From the sequence record DRR723986_4010: a stretch of 62,135 bases of DNA; one strand, 5' to 3'. Shown in pieces: positions 49,504-59,261 of this stretch; position 1 is the stretch's first letter, and each line of letters starts with the position of its first letter. Under the pieces are notes generated by a model, which made no database searches, had not been told where the DNA came from, and was given only the letters and a program-made list of their open reading frames with translations. The translations under genes were made by a program, and so were the position numbers.

Positions 49504-51054
49504 ATGGCCGACAAACCCGCCAAACTTATCGTCCGGAACGCCGAAGTCCGCGACATCCCCGGCATTATGGAAGTGTCCGAACGCGTTTACGGCCCAGGCA
49601 TGGGGTATGCGCGAAGCGAGCTGATTGGCCAGCTGAACCGGTTCCCGGATGGCCAGTTCGTGGCCGAGTATGAAGGTGTCATCGTCGGCTATTGTGCGAC
49701 CTTCATGATCTCGAGCGATGTCGCGCTGAAGCCGCATACCTGGAACGAGATCACCGGCGTGGGCTTCGCCGCCCGGCACGACCCGGAAGGCGACATGCTG
49801 TACGGCATGGACGTAATGGTGCATCCGGACTACCGGCGCCTGCGCATCGGCGAACGCTTCTACCGGGTACGGAGAGAGCTCTGCCAATGGCTGGAACTGA
49901 AGGGCATCGTCTTTGGCGGCCGCATGCCCGGCTATGCCCGCCATGCGAAGGAATATCCGAACCCGAAAGACTATGTCGCTGCGGTGGTGGACCAGAAGCT
50001 GAAAGATCCAGTCATCAATTTCCAGCTGCGCCAGGGCTTCAAGCCAATCGGCGTACTGAAGAACTATCTGCTGGGGGACGCACAGTCGAAGGATTGCGCG
50101 ACGCACATGTTGTGGGAAAACCCGCTGGAGCAGGATAAGATCAAGGCGAAGCCGGGACTTGGCGACACGTCCCTACCCGAACGGGTGCGCATCGCCACCG
50201 TCCAGTTCCAGATGCGCAAGATCAACTCCATCGACGAGTTCGAGCAACAGATCGAGTATTTTACCGACATCGCCTCCGACTACAAATCGGACTTTGTCGT
50301 TTTCCCGGAACTCTTCACGCTGCAACTCCTGTCGCTGGAACACCGGCCGCTCGGCCCGGTGGAGGCAATCGAGAAGATCAGCGAGTACACGCCCCGCTTC
50401 ATCGAGTTCATGGAGAAGCTGGCCGTCTCCTACAACGTCAACATCATCGGCGGGACGCATCCGAGCATGATGGAGAACGGGGATATCCTGAACATCTCCT
50501 ATGTCTTCCTCCGCGACGGCTCGGTCCATACCCAGCAGAAGCTGCACCCCACTCCGTCAGAGCGGATGTGGTGGAACATCAAGGGCGGCAAAGGCGCCCT
50601 CGCAATCCAGACCGATTGCGGCCCGATCGGCGTGATGATCTGCTACGATTCCGAATTCCCGGAACTTGCCCGCCACCTGGTGGACCAGGGCGCACTGATG
50701 CTGTTCGTCCCCTTCTGCACCGATGAACGGCGCGGATACCTGCGCGTGCGCTATTGCTGTCAGGCCCGCGCGGTCGAGAACCAGTGCTATGTCGCCCTCT
50801 CCGGCGTGGTGGGGAACCTGCCAAATGTGGAGAACATGGACATCCACTATGCGGAAAGCTGCATCCTGACCCCGTCGGACTTCCCCTTCGCCCGCGATGG
50901 CGTCGCCGCCGACACAGCGCCGAATACCGAGACCATCGCGCTGGCCGATCTCTCCCTTTCGGATCTGCTGACCGCCCGCCAGTCCGGCGCCGTGCAGAAC
51001 CTGAAGGACCGCCGATTCGACCTCTATTCGGTGAACTGGAAGAAACGCCGCTGA
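49504..51054 (+). CDS. GNAT acetyltransferase / carbon-nitrogen hydrolase fusion
   Basis: N-terminal GNAT (VHPDYRRLRIG); C-terminal nitrilase E-K-C triad (FPEL, QKLH, ICYDSEFPE). Confidence 0.92.
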   Translation: MADKPAKLIVRNAEVRDIPGIMEVSERVYGPGMGYARSELIGQLNRFPDGQFVAEYEGVIVGYCATFMISSDVALKPHTWNEITGVGFAARHDPEGDMLYGMDVMVHPDYRRLRIGERFYRVRRELCQWLELKGIVFGGRMPGYARHAKEYPNPKDYVAAVVDQKLKDPVINFQLRQGFKPIGVLKNYLLGDAQSKDCATHMLWENPLEQDKIKAKPGLGDTSLPERVRIATVQFQMRKINSIDEFEQQIEYFTDIASDYKSDFVVFPELFTLQLLSLEHRPLGPVEAIEKISEYTPRFIEFMEKLAVSYNVNIIGGTHPSMMENGDILNISYVFLRDGSVHTQQKLHPTPSERMWWNIKGGKGALAIQTDCGPIGVMICYDSEFPELARHLVDQGALMLFVPFCTDERRGYLRVRYCCQARAVENQCYVALSGVVGNLPNVENMDIHYAESCILTPSDFPFARDGVAADTAPNTETIALADLSLSDLLTARQSGAVQNLKDRRFDLYSVNWKKRR

Positions 51055-51121
51055 CATTCCGCCCTGTTGCAGGCAGGGCGCGCGCTTCCTAGTATTCCCC
51101 CATCCTGGAGGAGGATACCGC

Positions 51122-52984
51122 ATGACCCGCATACGCGCCGTTGCCATGGCCACATTGCTGGCAATCCTTGCGGCCTGCGCCACCCCGCAGCCGGAAGCGC
51201 CTCCACAAGCCCAGCCGCCCCGTGACCTGCTGGTCGAACTGGGCGATGCCGAAGCGGCGGGTGACCGGGATGCCATGCTGAGGCTCGCGGCGGAACTGAT
51301 GGCGGAACCATCAACCGACATGGCGCTTCAGCAAGACCTCGCAGACCTGATGGCCCGCGAAGGAGACACCGCAAGCGCCCTTGCCGCCTATGAGCAGCTG
51401 GCCAACGCAGAAGCCGCCGCGCCGGAACCGGACTGGGCGCGCCTCATCAATCTCGAAGCCCGGATGGCCGAGATCGCCGCCGCCGCAGGCGACACCTCCA
51501 CCGCCACGGAACATGCCGGCCGGGCTGTCGGTCTCGTGGCAGATCATCTGGGCGTCGATCATCCGCGCATGGCGCCCCTGCTCGCTTTCGCGAAAGCCAA
51601 TGGACTGGACATGACCGCCATCGCCATGGCCGGCGGCTTTGCGACGCTGGAAGAGATGGAACTCGCCCTCAGGGACGCCATCGAGCGCAGCCGCGATACC
51701 GGCGCCGCCATGCCGGCAGGCCGCCGTCTGGCCCCGCGGGTGTTCGGGGAAGAGCCGGACTTCGATCTCGTGAAAGTCTTCTACGGCACAGACCGCGCGC
51801 CAGACCCCGGCCAGATGCTGGTCGTCGATGGCGAACCGGTCCTGGATGCCCGCACCTATTACGGCGCGGAGCGCGGAAAACTGGAGACCGGCACAGTGAT
51901 CGTGTCGGTGCCGCGCAACCGCGCGCTTGGCGAGATCCCGAAACCGAGCGTGCTTCGCTTTGACGTGCGCCCGGACCCGGCGCGCCATGTCATTATCGGC
52001 GACATGAAGATCCATCCGGACATGGAAGCCTTTGTCCGCGAGATGAAACTGGAACTAGCCAAGTCCAAGCGCCGCGAGATCTTTGTATTCATCCATGGCT
52101 ACAATACGAAGTTTGACGCTGGGATCGAACGCGCGGCGCAGCTTTCCGTCGACCTCGAAATCGACGGTTCGACCGTCTTTTATTCATGGCCGTCAGCCGG
52201 CAGCCTCTTCGGCTACAAGGCGGACCGGTCCCAGATCACCGAAGAGGCCGTACAGGACCTTGAAGACTTCCTGCTCGTCCTGGCAGACAAGACCGGGGCC
52301 GAACGCATCAGCGTTGTCGCGCACTCCATGGGCAATGAGTTCCTGACGCTGGCCCTCGAACAGATGACGCGTGACCGGCCCGGCGAAAAACTGTTCAATG
52401 AAGTCGTCTTCGCCTCCCCCGATGTCGATGCGGATGACTTCATCGAGCGCGTCTCCGCCATCGACAGCCTCGCCGACGATTTCACGCTGTACGCCAGTTC
52501 CAAGGACCGGGCGCTTCAAGCCTCCCGGCGCTTCAACGGCACAGGCCGGCGTGCCGGGGATTCTGCTGAACCGGTTCTGCTGCCCGTGCTGAACACGATC
52601 GATACGTCCGCGGTCTCCGATGGCGGGCTTGGCCATTCGGACATTTTCGGCGGTGCCTTTACGGACTTCCAGGCCATCCTGTGGCTGAGCCTCGAACCGG
52701 ACCAGCGCTGCCTGCTCGGCCGGCGCGAAGAAGGCAATGCGGTCGCCTGGGTGCTGGGCACGCCGCGCACGGAATTCTGCGGCCAGCAGGCTTTCTCCAC
52801 CGCAATGACCACGATGCGCCGTGTCGGCATGGAAGAGTCCGCGCTGGTCCTGTCCGAACAGGTCGCCGAAGCGGAATCTATCGGTTCACCCGACGCCCCG
52901 CTCTGGCAGTCAGCGCTCAGGATCGTTCAGTGGCTGGGCACCGCCGGCCGGTTCATGCCTGAGACGGCGACGGCGCCTCAGTAA
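51122..52984 (+). CDS. Lipoprotein alpha/beta hydrolase (DUF900-like) with helical N-terminal domain
   Basis: Lipobox LAAC; FYGTDR, FIHGYN, AHSMG and GHS motifs. Confidence 0.85.
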   Translation: MTRIRAVAMATLLAILAACATPQPEAPPQAQPPRDLLVELGDAEAAGDRDAMLRLAAELMAEPSTDMALQQDLADLMAREGDTASALAAYEQLANAEAAAPEPDWARLINLEARMAEIAAAAGDTSTATEHAGRAVGLVADHLGVDHPRMAPLLAFAKANGLDMTAIAMAGGFATLEEMELALRDAIERSRDTGAAMPAGRRLAPRVFGEEPDFDLVKVFYGTDRAPDPGQMLVVDGEPVLDARTYYGAERGKLETGTVIVSVPRNRALGEIPKPSVLRFDVRPDPARHVIIGDMKIHPDMEAFVREMKLELAKSKRREIFVFIHGYNTKFDAGIERAAQLSVDLEIDGSTVFYSWPSAGSLFGYKADRSQITEEAVQDLEDFLLVLADKTGAERISVVAHSMGNEFLTLALEQMTRDRPGEKLFNEVVFASPDVDADDFIERVSAIDSLADDFTLYASSKDRALQASRRFNGTGRRAGDSAEPVLLPVLNTIDTSAVSDGGLGHSDIFGGAFTDFQAILWLSLEPDQRCLLGRREEGNAVAWVLGTPRTEFCGQQAFSTAMTTMRRVGMEESALVLSEQVAEAESIGSPDAPLWQSALRIVQWLGTAGRFMPETATAPQ

Positions 52985-53963
52985 CCGTCCGGTGAGGATC
53001 GGAGTGGTTCCACTCCGCCAGCATGGTGCGCAGCGCGGCGATGAAGGCGATGGGCTGGTCCAACATGACATGATGATCTGCATGCGGAATGGAAATGAAC
53101 GGCACCTGATAGCCGAGCAACTTCCGCATATATTCGCGCACATCGTCCGGCATCAGTGAGCTGGTCTCTCCCCGGATGATCGCCACCCGGCAACGCGCGG
53201 CCTGAAGCAGGGCGCCGGGGTCCTTGCCGGGATCGAAATGTTTCCAGATCATCGGGTCGAACTTCCAGGTCCAGCCGCCTTCGTCCGCCTTCCGGAGGCT
53301 CCAGCGGGCAATGTAGTCGACGGCATAGAGGTTCTCGCACAGTTGCGGCGGCGCAAGACGGAACCGGCTGAGTGCGGAGGCGAGGTCGGGATAGACCCGG
53401 TTCGGGCGGCCCTTGCGGTCCGGACCGCGGTGCGGGCGCTCCGGCGGGTTTACCGGGCTGTCGACAATGACCATGCCGTCAAACCGGTCGCCATATTTCG
53501 CGCCTGTCACCAGCGTGACGAAGCCGCCGAAAGAGTGTGCCACAATGATCGGCTTGGTCGGCCCGTCGAACAGGCCGGCGGCCTCGGCCACGGCAACTTC
53601 CTCCTCGGCGAAAGTCGCCATGTCGTAGCTGTCGCGGAAGTCGCTGTCGCCCATGCCGGCGAAAGTGATCGCGGCGACGTTATATTCCTCGGCAAAGTAA
53701 GGCGCGATGAAATCCCACCAATGGGCATGGGCGCCGTTGCCGTGGACCAGCAGGAGGCCCGGCGCGCCACGCTTGCCCCAGCGCTGGTAGGTGACGTTCG
53801 CGCCCTTAACCTCAACCGAGCCCGTTTCATAAGGCGTGGCGACCGCCTTGCGGAACCATTCCGGCGCGGGCGGCACCGCGCCCTTGAACTCGGCCAGCGG
53901 CCCGCCCTCCGAAGGAATCTCCGGCGGCTGGTCCCTGACGATGCCCTTGCTCTCCCCGCTCAT
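52953..53963 (-). CDS. Alpha/beta hydrolase
   Basis: HGNGAH, AHSFGG and HHVMLDQP motifs. Confidence 0.9.
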   Translation of the reverse strand: MSGESKGIVRDQPPEIPSEGGPLAEFKGAVPPAPEWFRKAVATPYETGSVEVKGANVTYQRWGKRGAPGLLLVHGNGAHAHWWDFIAPYFAEEYNVAAITFAGMGDSDFRDSYDMATFAEEEVAVAEAAGLFDGPTKPIIVAHSFGGFVTLVTGAKYGDRFDGMVIVDSPVNPPERPHRGPDRKGRPNRVYPDLASALSRFRLAPPQLCENLYAVDYIARWSLRKADEGGWTWKFDPMIWKHFDPGKDPGALLQAARCRVAIIRGETSSLMPDDVREYMRKLLGYQVPFISIPHADHHVMLDQPIAFIAALRTMLAEWNHSDPHRTVTEAPSPSQA

Positions 53964-54082
53964 TCATTTCTTTCCTTTTTTCTGAATTCTGGGACGGGGC
54001 TTCTCATCTGGCAAGTCCGGCCCTCGGGGCATATCCGGCATGGCTTTTGCGCCGAATGTCCCAAAAAGGGACAGGACGGCCC

Positions 54083-54583
54083 ATGTTGAAACAGATCAGT
54101 CTCGCTTCTGCACTCGCGCTCATGGCCGGTTCCGCCTCCGCCAGCCCGGAACTCGCCGAGCTTTGGGGCGCGAAAGCCGCTGCCCTCGCCGGAGACTCTG
54201 CGCCTTTGCTGGACACCGCCCGGCAAGGCCGCCTGCCGGTGCTCGACGAAGATTACGTAATCGAGGTGGAGCGGTTCGCCTACAATGCCACGAGGCTGGG
54301 TAACTGGACGGTGCAGGCCGGTGTGCCGGCGGCGATCGGATGCAGTTTCCGCAGCCTTGGCGCAGAGGCCGAGATCGAACTTGAGGCGCTGGAAGGTGCC
54401 CGGTCGGCGCGCGCCTCGGCGGACGCTCTGAATGGTCTCATGAGCCTGTTCGCAGACGCCCGCACGCTGTCAGCTGCCGCTGCCTGGACTGCCCGGCAGG
54501 GTAGCGGCCACCCGGTCGCGCTCGGCACGCCCGCGGCCTGTCCGGAAACACCTGCCCGTCTCGACCGTGTGGCGGTGCGCTGA
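54083..54583 (+). CDS. Secreted hypothetical helical protein
   Basis: Signal peptide (ASA), two Cys, AGGA RBS. Confidence 0.65.
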   Translation: MLKQISLASALALMAGSASASPELAELWGAKAAALAGDSAPLLDTARQGRLPVLDEDYVIEVERFAYNATRLGNWTVQAGVPAAIGCSFRSLGAEAEIELEALEGARSARASADALNGLMSLFADARTLSAAAAWTARQGSGHPVALGTPAACPETPARLDRVAVR

Positions 54584-54586
54584 CCC

Positions 54587-55489
54587 TCAGGGCCGGAACA
54601 CAGCCGCCGGGTCTTCCAGCAACTCATAGGCGACATGCGCCTTCAGCTTTTCGGTGAGCGAAACTGCGTCTCCTTGCAGCATCTCCGGATCGATCATCTG
54701 GCCGAACGTCATCCGCATTTTCGAACCCTGCTTGTTCAGCAGCTCGTGGAACAGAGTGATATCGCGCAGTTCGCCGCTGAGATTGCAGAGCAGGTAATAA
54801 AGTCGCGAATTCCACGCATCGAGGTTCAACGGCAGGATCGGCGCCTTCTGTTTCTTGGCGAGGCCGATGACGGTGGAGAACCAGTCCTTCTCGATCAGTC
54901 GGTCACCTTCCTTCCGCGCGAGGCGCCCGGACGGGAAGATGACGACGCACTTCTCTTCTCCGAAGGCTTCCCCTGCCCGTTTTAGCGTTTCGCGCGCCTT
55001 GGCGGGGGAGCGTTTCTCCATCACCCATTCGACCGGGATGATCACATCCTCGAACTTCGGATTGACGCGGATCGCATCGGCATTTGCGAAAAAGATGATG
55101 TCGTCGCGCACCCGCTTCAGCAGGTCCCAGACGGCGACCCCGTCGGCGAGACCGGTCGGATGGTTCGCGGCGACGATCAGCCGGCCTTCGCGCGGCATCC
55201 GTTCGATGCCCTCGACGGTCAGGTCAAAGGCGAGCTGACGGGAGAGCCGGTCAAAGGAGTCGCGGCCATTCAGCTCGACGATCTCGTCAGCCATACGCCG
55301 GGCCTTGTCGTAGCCGAGCATGGAATAGAGTACCGGGCGGAGCAGCGGCCAGGCCGGGCTTGCCCGCAATTTCGGGCATCGCTCCTCGATCAGCACATCC
55401 ACAATGTGCAGGTCATCCGGCGTGTCGACATCCAGGAAAGCCGACGTCCGCGGCGCCAGATTTTTTTGTGGGAGCGTTTCGTCACTCAT
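54587..55489 (-). CDS. Phospholipid/glycerol acyltransferase (PlsC-like)
   Basis: NHPTGLAD (HX4D) and IFPSG motifs. Confidence 0.85.
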   Translation of the reverse strand: MSDETLPQKNLAPRTSAFLDVDTPDDLHIVDVLIEERCPKLRASPAWPLLRPVLYSMLGYDKARRMADEIVELNGRDSFDRLSRQLAFDLTVEGIERMPREGRLIVAANHPTGLADGVAVWDLLKRVRDDIIFFANADAIRVNPKFEDVIIPVEWVMEKRSPAKARETLKRAGEAFGEEKCVVIFPSGRLARKEGDRLIEKDWFSTVIGLAKKQKAPILPLNLDAWNSRLYYLLCNLSGELRDITLFHELLNKQGSKMRMTFGQMIDPEMLQGDAVSLTEKLKAHVAYELLEDPAAVFRP

Positions 55490-55747
55490 TTTCAGGCGTT
55501 TCTCCAGAAATCCAGCATAAGCCAAGCCGGAAACCTGCGGAAGCGCCGCAAACAGCCCCTTTTTACAAGGGGATTCAGGCCATTTCCGGCCCCGTTTGCG
55601 CGTTGCACCGGCAATCGCAATTCATTGAGTTTTCAACACTTCTGAAAGGAACGCTTTACTAAGCCGTAAGCTGCGCGTGGCAAAGTGAACGCACATCGGG
55701 GGCAGGTTAAGGGCCAGCCACACAGGAAAGGCATCGGGGTAGATTTT

Positions 55748-56191
55748 ATGAAAGTTCTCTGGGTTGAAGATCACGCGCCGGTGCGCGACATGCTGGCCAT
55801 CGCTGCGGACAAGGCTGCCCGCTCGCGCGTGCAGGTCGACCTTGTCATGGCGCCGACGCTGATGGCTGCGGAATCGCGCCTGCGTCTTGAGCGTTTCGAC
55901 CTCGTCGTCCTTGACCTCGGCCTGCCGGACTCCATGGATCCGGACATGACGATCGCCCGAATCGCCAACATGGGCAAATACCGGATCGCTGTCGTTTCCT
56001 CGATGGATACGCGCGACCAGGCCGTCGAAGCGGCCCTGCGTTGCGGCGCCAACATCCACCCGGAAGCCATTTTCAAGGCTGGCCTGCCTTTCAACCGCTT
56101 CATCCAGCGGCCGGACAGCTTCGAGGATTTCCTCATGGACCTGATGCCGACAGCCGCCGACACGCCGGCCATGCGCGTGCGGGCCGCCTGA
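55748..56191 (+). CDS. Stand-alone receiver domain protein
   Basis: VLWVED, LDLGLPD, VVSS and late Lys (IFK). Confidence 0.8.
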   Translation: MKVLWVEDHAPVRDMLAIAADKAARSRVQVDLVMAPTLMAAESRLRLERFDLVVLDLGLPDSMDPDMTIARIANMGKYRIAVVSSMDTRDQAVEAALRCGANIHPEAIFKAGLPFNRFIQRPDSFEDFLMDLMPTAADTPAMRVRAA

Positions 56192-56291
56192 TCCCTTATG
56201 CTTGCCCTTCGGGGCCAGAGCTTGCTAAGCCGCTCGGAACCACTTCCGGGCGGTTTTCTTTCGCCTATCACTGACGGGAAACAGCCTCGGC

Positions 56292-56906
56292 ATGGATTTC
56301 TTCACTTCAGCGCCGATCACGTCCAGCCTGCTGCTGGCCAATATTGTCGCCAGCATGATCGGCTTCGGCGCGACGGATTTCATCAACCAGAACTCACTCT
56401 GGATCCAGCCGATCCGCGAACAACGCCAGTGGCACCGCGTGCTCACTTCCGGCTTCCTGCATGTGAACGGCATGCACCTCTTCGTGAACATGCTGACGCT
56501 CTATTATTTCGGCCCGCCACTGGAGAGCGTTTTCGGCAGCACCGGGTTTGCGATCCTCTATTTCGGCTCCCTGCTGGGCGGGTCCTTCTGGGAAATCATC
56601 GATAAAAGCGGCCAGCCGGAATATCGCGCGATCGGGGCTTCCGGCGCCATTTCGGGCCTGATGTCTGCTGTCGGCATCCTGTTTCCCTTCGCGACGATCT
56701 ACCTGATGTTCGCCCTGCCGATCTGGGCCGGACTCTATGCCCTGCTCTTCATCGTCATCAGCTTCATCTATTCCCAGCGCGAGAACACGATGATCGCCCA
56801 TGGCGCCCACCTTGGCGGCGCAGTCGCCGGGATTTTGCTGACGCTGGTCCTGAAACCTGATGCGTTCGGCAGGCTGATGGACCAGATCGCCCGGCAGTTT
56901 GGCTGA
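56292..56906 (+). CDS. Rhomboid intramembrane serine protease
   Basis: HLFVNM, GASG and AHLGG motifs. Confidence 0.92.
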   Translation: MDFFTSAPITSSLLLANIVASMIGFGATDFINQNSLWIQPIREQRQWHRVLTSGFLHVNGMHLFVNMLTLYYFGPPLESVFGSTGFAILYFGSLLGGSFWEIIDKSGQPEYRAIGASGAISGLMSAVGILFPFATIYLMFALPIWAGLYALLFIVISFIYSQRENTMIAHGAHLGGAVAGILLTLVLKPDAFGRLMDQIARQFG

Positions 56907-56913
56907 ACCATTC

Positions 56914-58041
56914 ATGGGAAACGTGCTCCGCCAGTACAGGGAACGTGTGGACGCAGGTCTGCTGACCAATGACCCCGTACAGGCAGAAGCCGCCGAATTG
57001 CTGGACGACCTCGCCCGTCGCCTGGCCGATCCGCCGAAGGGCGGCTGGTTCTCGAAGCCGGAACCCGTGCGCGGCCTCTACCTGTGGGGCGGGGTCGGGC
57101 GCGGCAAGTCCATGCTGATGGATCTGTTCTTCGAGGATGCCGCCCCGAAGGCGAAACGCCGCGTGCACTTCCACGAATTCATGGCCGAAATCCAGGACCG
57201 GCTGGACACCTGGCGCAAGATGCCGGAGGCCGACCGCAAGCGCTCGCCATGGCGCGTGAAGGGCGCGGGCGACGATCCGATCCCGCCGGTCGCCAAACAG
57301 GTCGCCGCCGATGCGCAGCTGCTCTGTTTCGACGAATTCCAGGTGACGCAGATCGCCGATGCGATGATCCTCGCCCGCCTGTTCGACCAGCTGTTCTCGC
57401 GCGGTGTGACCATGGTGGCGACCTCCAACCGCGTGCCGGATGATCTTTACAAGGACGGTATAAACCGCCCCCTCTTCCTGCCTTTCATCCAGCACCTGAA
57501 AGAACGGTGCGACATCTTCCACCTGGCCTCTGACCGGGACTACCGGCTGGACCGGCTGATCGCTGCGCCGGTCTGGTATGCGCCGCTCGGCCCGGAAGCC
57601 GATGCGTCTCTGGAAGAAGTGTGGACGCGGCTTACCTCCGGCGCGCATGCCCAGCATGTCACGCTGACGGTGAAAGGGCGCAAGCTGGAGGTCAGCCGAG
57701 AGGCGGCCGGCGTCGCGTGGTTCACATTTGAAGAACTCTGCGCCCGCCCGCTCTATTCGCGTGATTACCTGACCATCGCAGCGAACTTCCACACGATCAT
57801 CCTTCGCGGCATTCCGCAGCTCGGCGCCGACAAGCGCAATGAAGCAGCCCGCTTTGTCGCCCTGATCGATGCGCTCTATGAAGCAAAGATCAAACTGGTG
57901 GCCAGCGCAGCCGCAGAACCGGAAACGCTGTATCCGGAAGGGGACGGTGCCTTCGAATTCGAGCGGACAGTCAGCCGCCTGCACGAGATGCGCTCGACTG
58001 ATTACCTTGCCGAAGAACGCGTCGAGATCAGCGTCGACTGA
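56914..58041 (+). CDS. zapE: AFG1/ZapE family ATPase
   Basis: GGVGRGKS Walker A, CFDEFQV and SRLHEM motifs. Confidence 0.92.
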   Translation: MGNVLRQYRERVDAGLLTNDPVQAEAAELLDDLARRLADPPKGGWFSKPEPVRGLYLWGGVGRGKSMLMDLFFEDAAPKAKRRVHFHEFMAEIQDRLDTWRKMPEADRKRSPWRVKGAGDDPIPPVAKQVAADAQLLCFDEFQVTQIADAMILARLFDQLFSRGVTMVATSNRVPDDLYKDGINRPLFLPFIQHLKERCDIFHLASDRDYRLDRLIAAPVWYAPLGPEADASLEEVWTRLTSGAHAQHVTLTVKGRKLEVSREAAGVAWFTFEELCARPLYSRDYLTIAANFHTIILRGIPQLGADKRNEAARFVALIDALYEAKIKLVASAAAEPETLYPEGDGAFEFERTVSRLHEMRSTDYLAEERVEISVD

Positions 58042-58972
58042 CGCGGCGCTTCGGCTCCTTGCCGTCGCCGCTCAGCAGGTCTTCAGCAACAGCACGCATG
58101 ACCTTTCCCATTTCGGTCATCGGTTCGGATAGCGGCGATCCTTCCCGCCAGATCAGCCCGATCTTGCGGCGGGCGAGCTTGTGCCGGATCGGCCGAACGA
58201 CCTGGGTCGGATCGCGCTGAGCCTCCACCACGGCATAGAGGTTCGGCAGGATGGCCACCCCCTCCCCCATGCTCGCGGTCTGGCGCACGGCGTCCAGCGA
58301 CGTGCCTTCATATTCAGTACTGATGTGCGCGCCCGCGGCATCTGCGAGCTGCTGGATGATCAGGCTGAGCCGGTGGCCGGGACCAAGGCTCAGCAATTCC
58401 CGCCCGCGCAAGGCTTCCACATCGACTGGTCCTTCCTTGGCGGACAATTCGTCTTCCTGCGCGGCGCAGACAAACAGCGTCTCCTCGAACAGTTCCATGA
58501 AAGCGCTGCTGGCATGGTCCTCCGGTGTCGAGATGATCATGTCGAGCCGGCCATCGTTCAGGCGCTCATTGAGGTCTGCCATCCGGGATTCATGCACACT
58601 CATGCGCAGTTCCGGAAACAGACGGTGAAGTTCCCGGACGGCGCCCGGCAGAAGGTATGGCCCGATGGTCGAAACCGTGCCCAGCCGATAACGCCCGGCC
58701 ACCTCCCCTGCCGGCCTCAGGGTGAACGCCTTCAGGTCTTCCACCTGGATCAGGATCGCCCGCGCCCGGCGGACGACCTCCTCCCCCAGCGGGGTCATGA
58801 AGGCGCCATGACGGCCGCGCTCGACGAGCACGGCGCCCAGCTGCTGCTCGGCTTCAGCGATCTGGGCCGACAGGCTTGGCTGAGACACGTTCAGCCGGCG
58901 CGCCGCTTCATGGAATTTCCCGGTATCGGCCACGGCGACCAGGTATTGCAGCTGTCTAAGCGTTGGGCGCAT
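58028..58972 (-). CDS. LysR regulator, OxyR-like but lacking the redox cysteines
   Basis: HTH (VSQPSLSAQI), TIGPYLLP and GTSLDAVRQ; GHRL in place of GHCL. Confidence 0.88.
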   Translation of the reverse strand: MRPTLRQLQYLVAVADTGKFHEAARRLNVSQPSLSAQIAEAEQQLGAVLVERGRHGAFMTPLGEEVVRRARAILIQVEDLKAFTLRPAGEVAGRYRLGTVSTIGPYLLPGAVRELHRLFPELRMSVHESRMADLNERLNDGRLDMIISTPEDHASSAFMELFEETLFVCAAQEDELSAKEGPVDVEALRGRELLSLGPGHRLSLIIQQLADAAGAHISTEYEGTSLDAVRQTASMGEGVAILPNLYAVVEAQRDPTQVVRPIRHKLARRKIGLIWREGSPLSEPMTEMGKVMRAVAEDLLSGDGKEPKRRVSRR

Positions 58973-59006
58973 TGGAGATTCCCTGTCCTGAAGCGCGTCA
59001 TTATTG

Positions 59007-59056
59007 ATAGTTTTTTATTATTGAAACAAGAGAGTTTTTATATTGGAACTATCTAT
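59007..59056. promoter_or_regulatory. OxyR/LysR-type binding region
   Basis: ATAG-N7-TTAT (59007-59021) and ATTG-N7-CTAT (59042-59056) in the AT-rich divergent intergenic region. Confidence 0.6.
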
Positions 59057-59261
59057 TGCGCCACGCCAGATTGTAGCCTTCAGACCCAAGGAGCTTGCTT
59101 TCTGTGTACATACTGATGGCATTTGATCTGAGTGCGTGTCGTCACTACAGTGAAGTGACCCGGTCTGTTGTGGATCCACCGTCCACATACTGAGCGCTCA
59201 CCACGCACGTTTCCTCCCTCCTCCAATCCAGTATCCATCCAAGCATCGAAAGGAGTTTCGC

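Noticed and set aside
58028-58972. Calling the LysR gene oxyR
   Set aside because: Both redox-active cysteines are missing.
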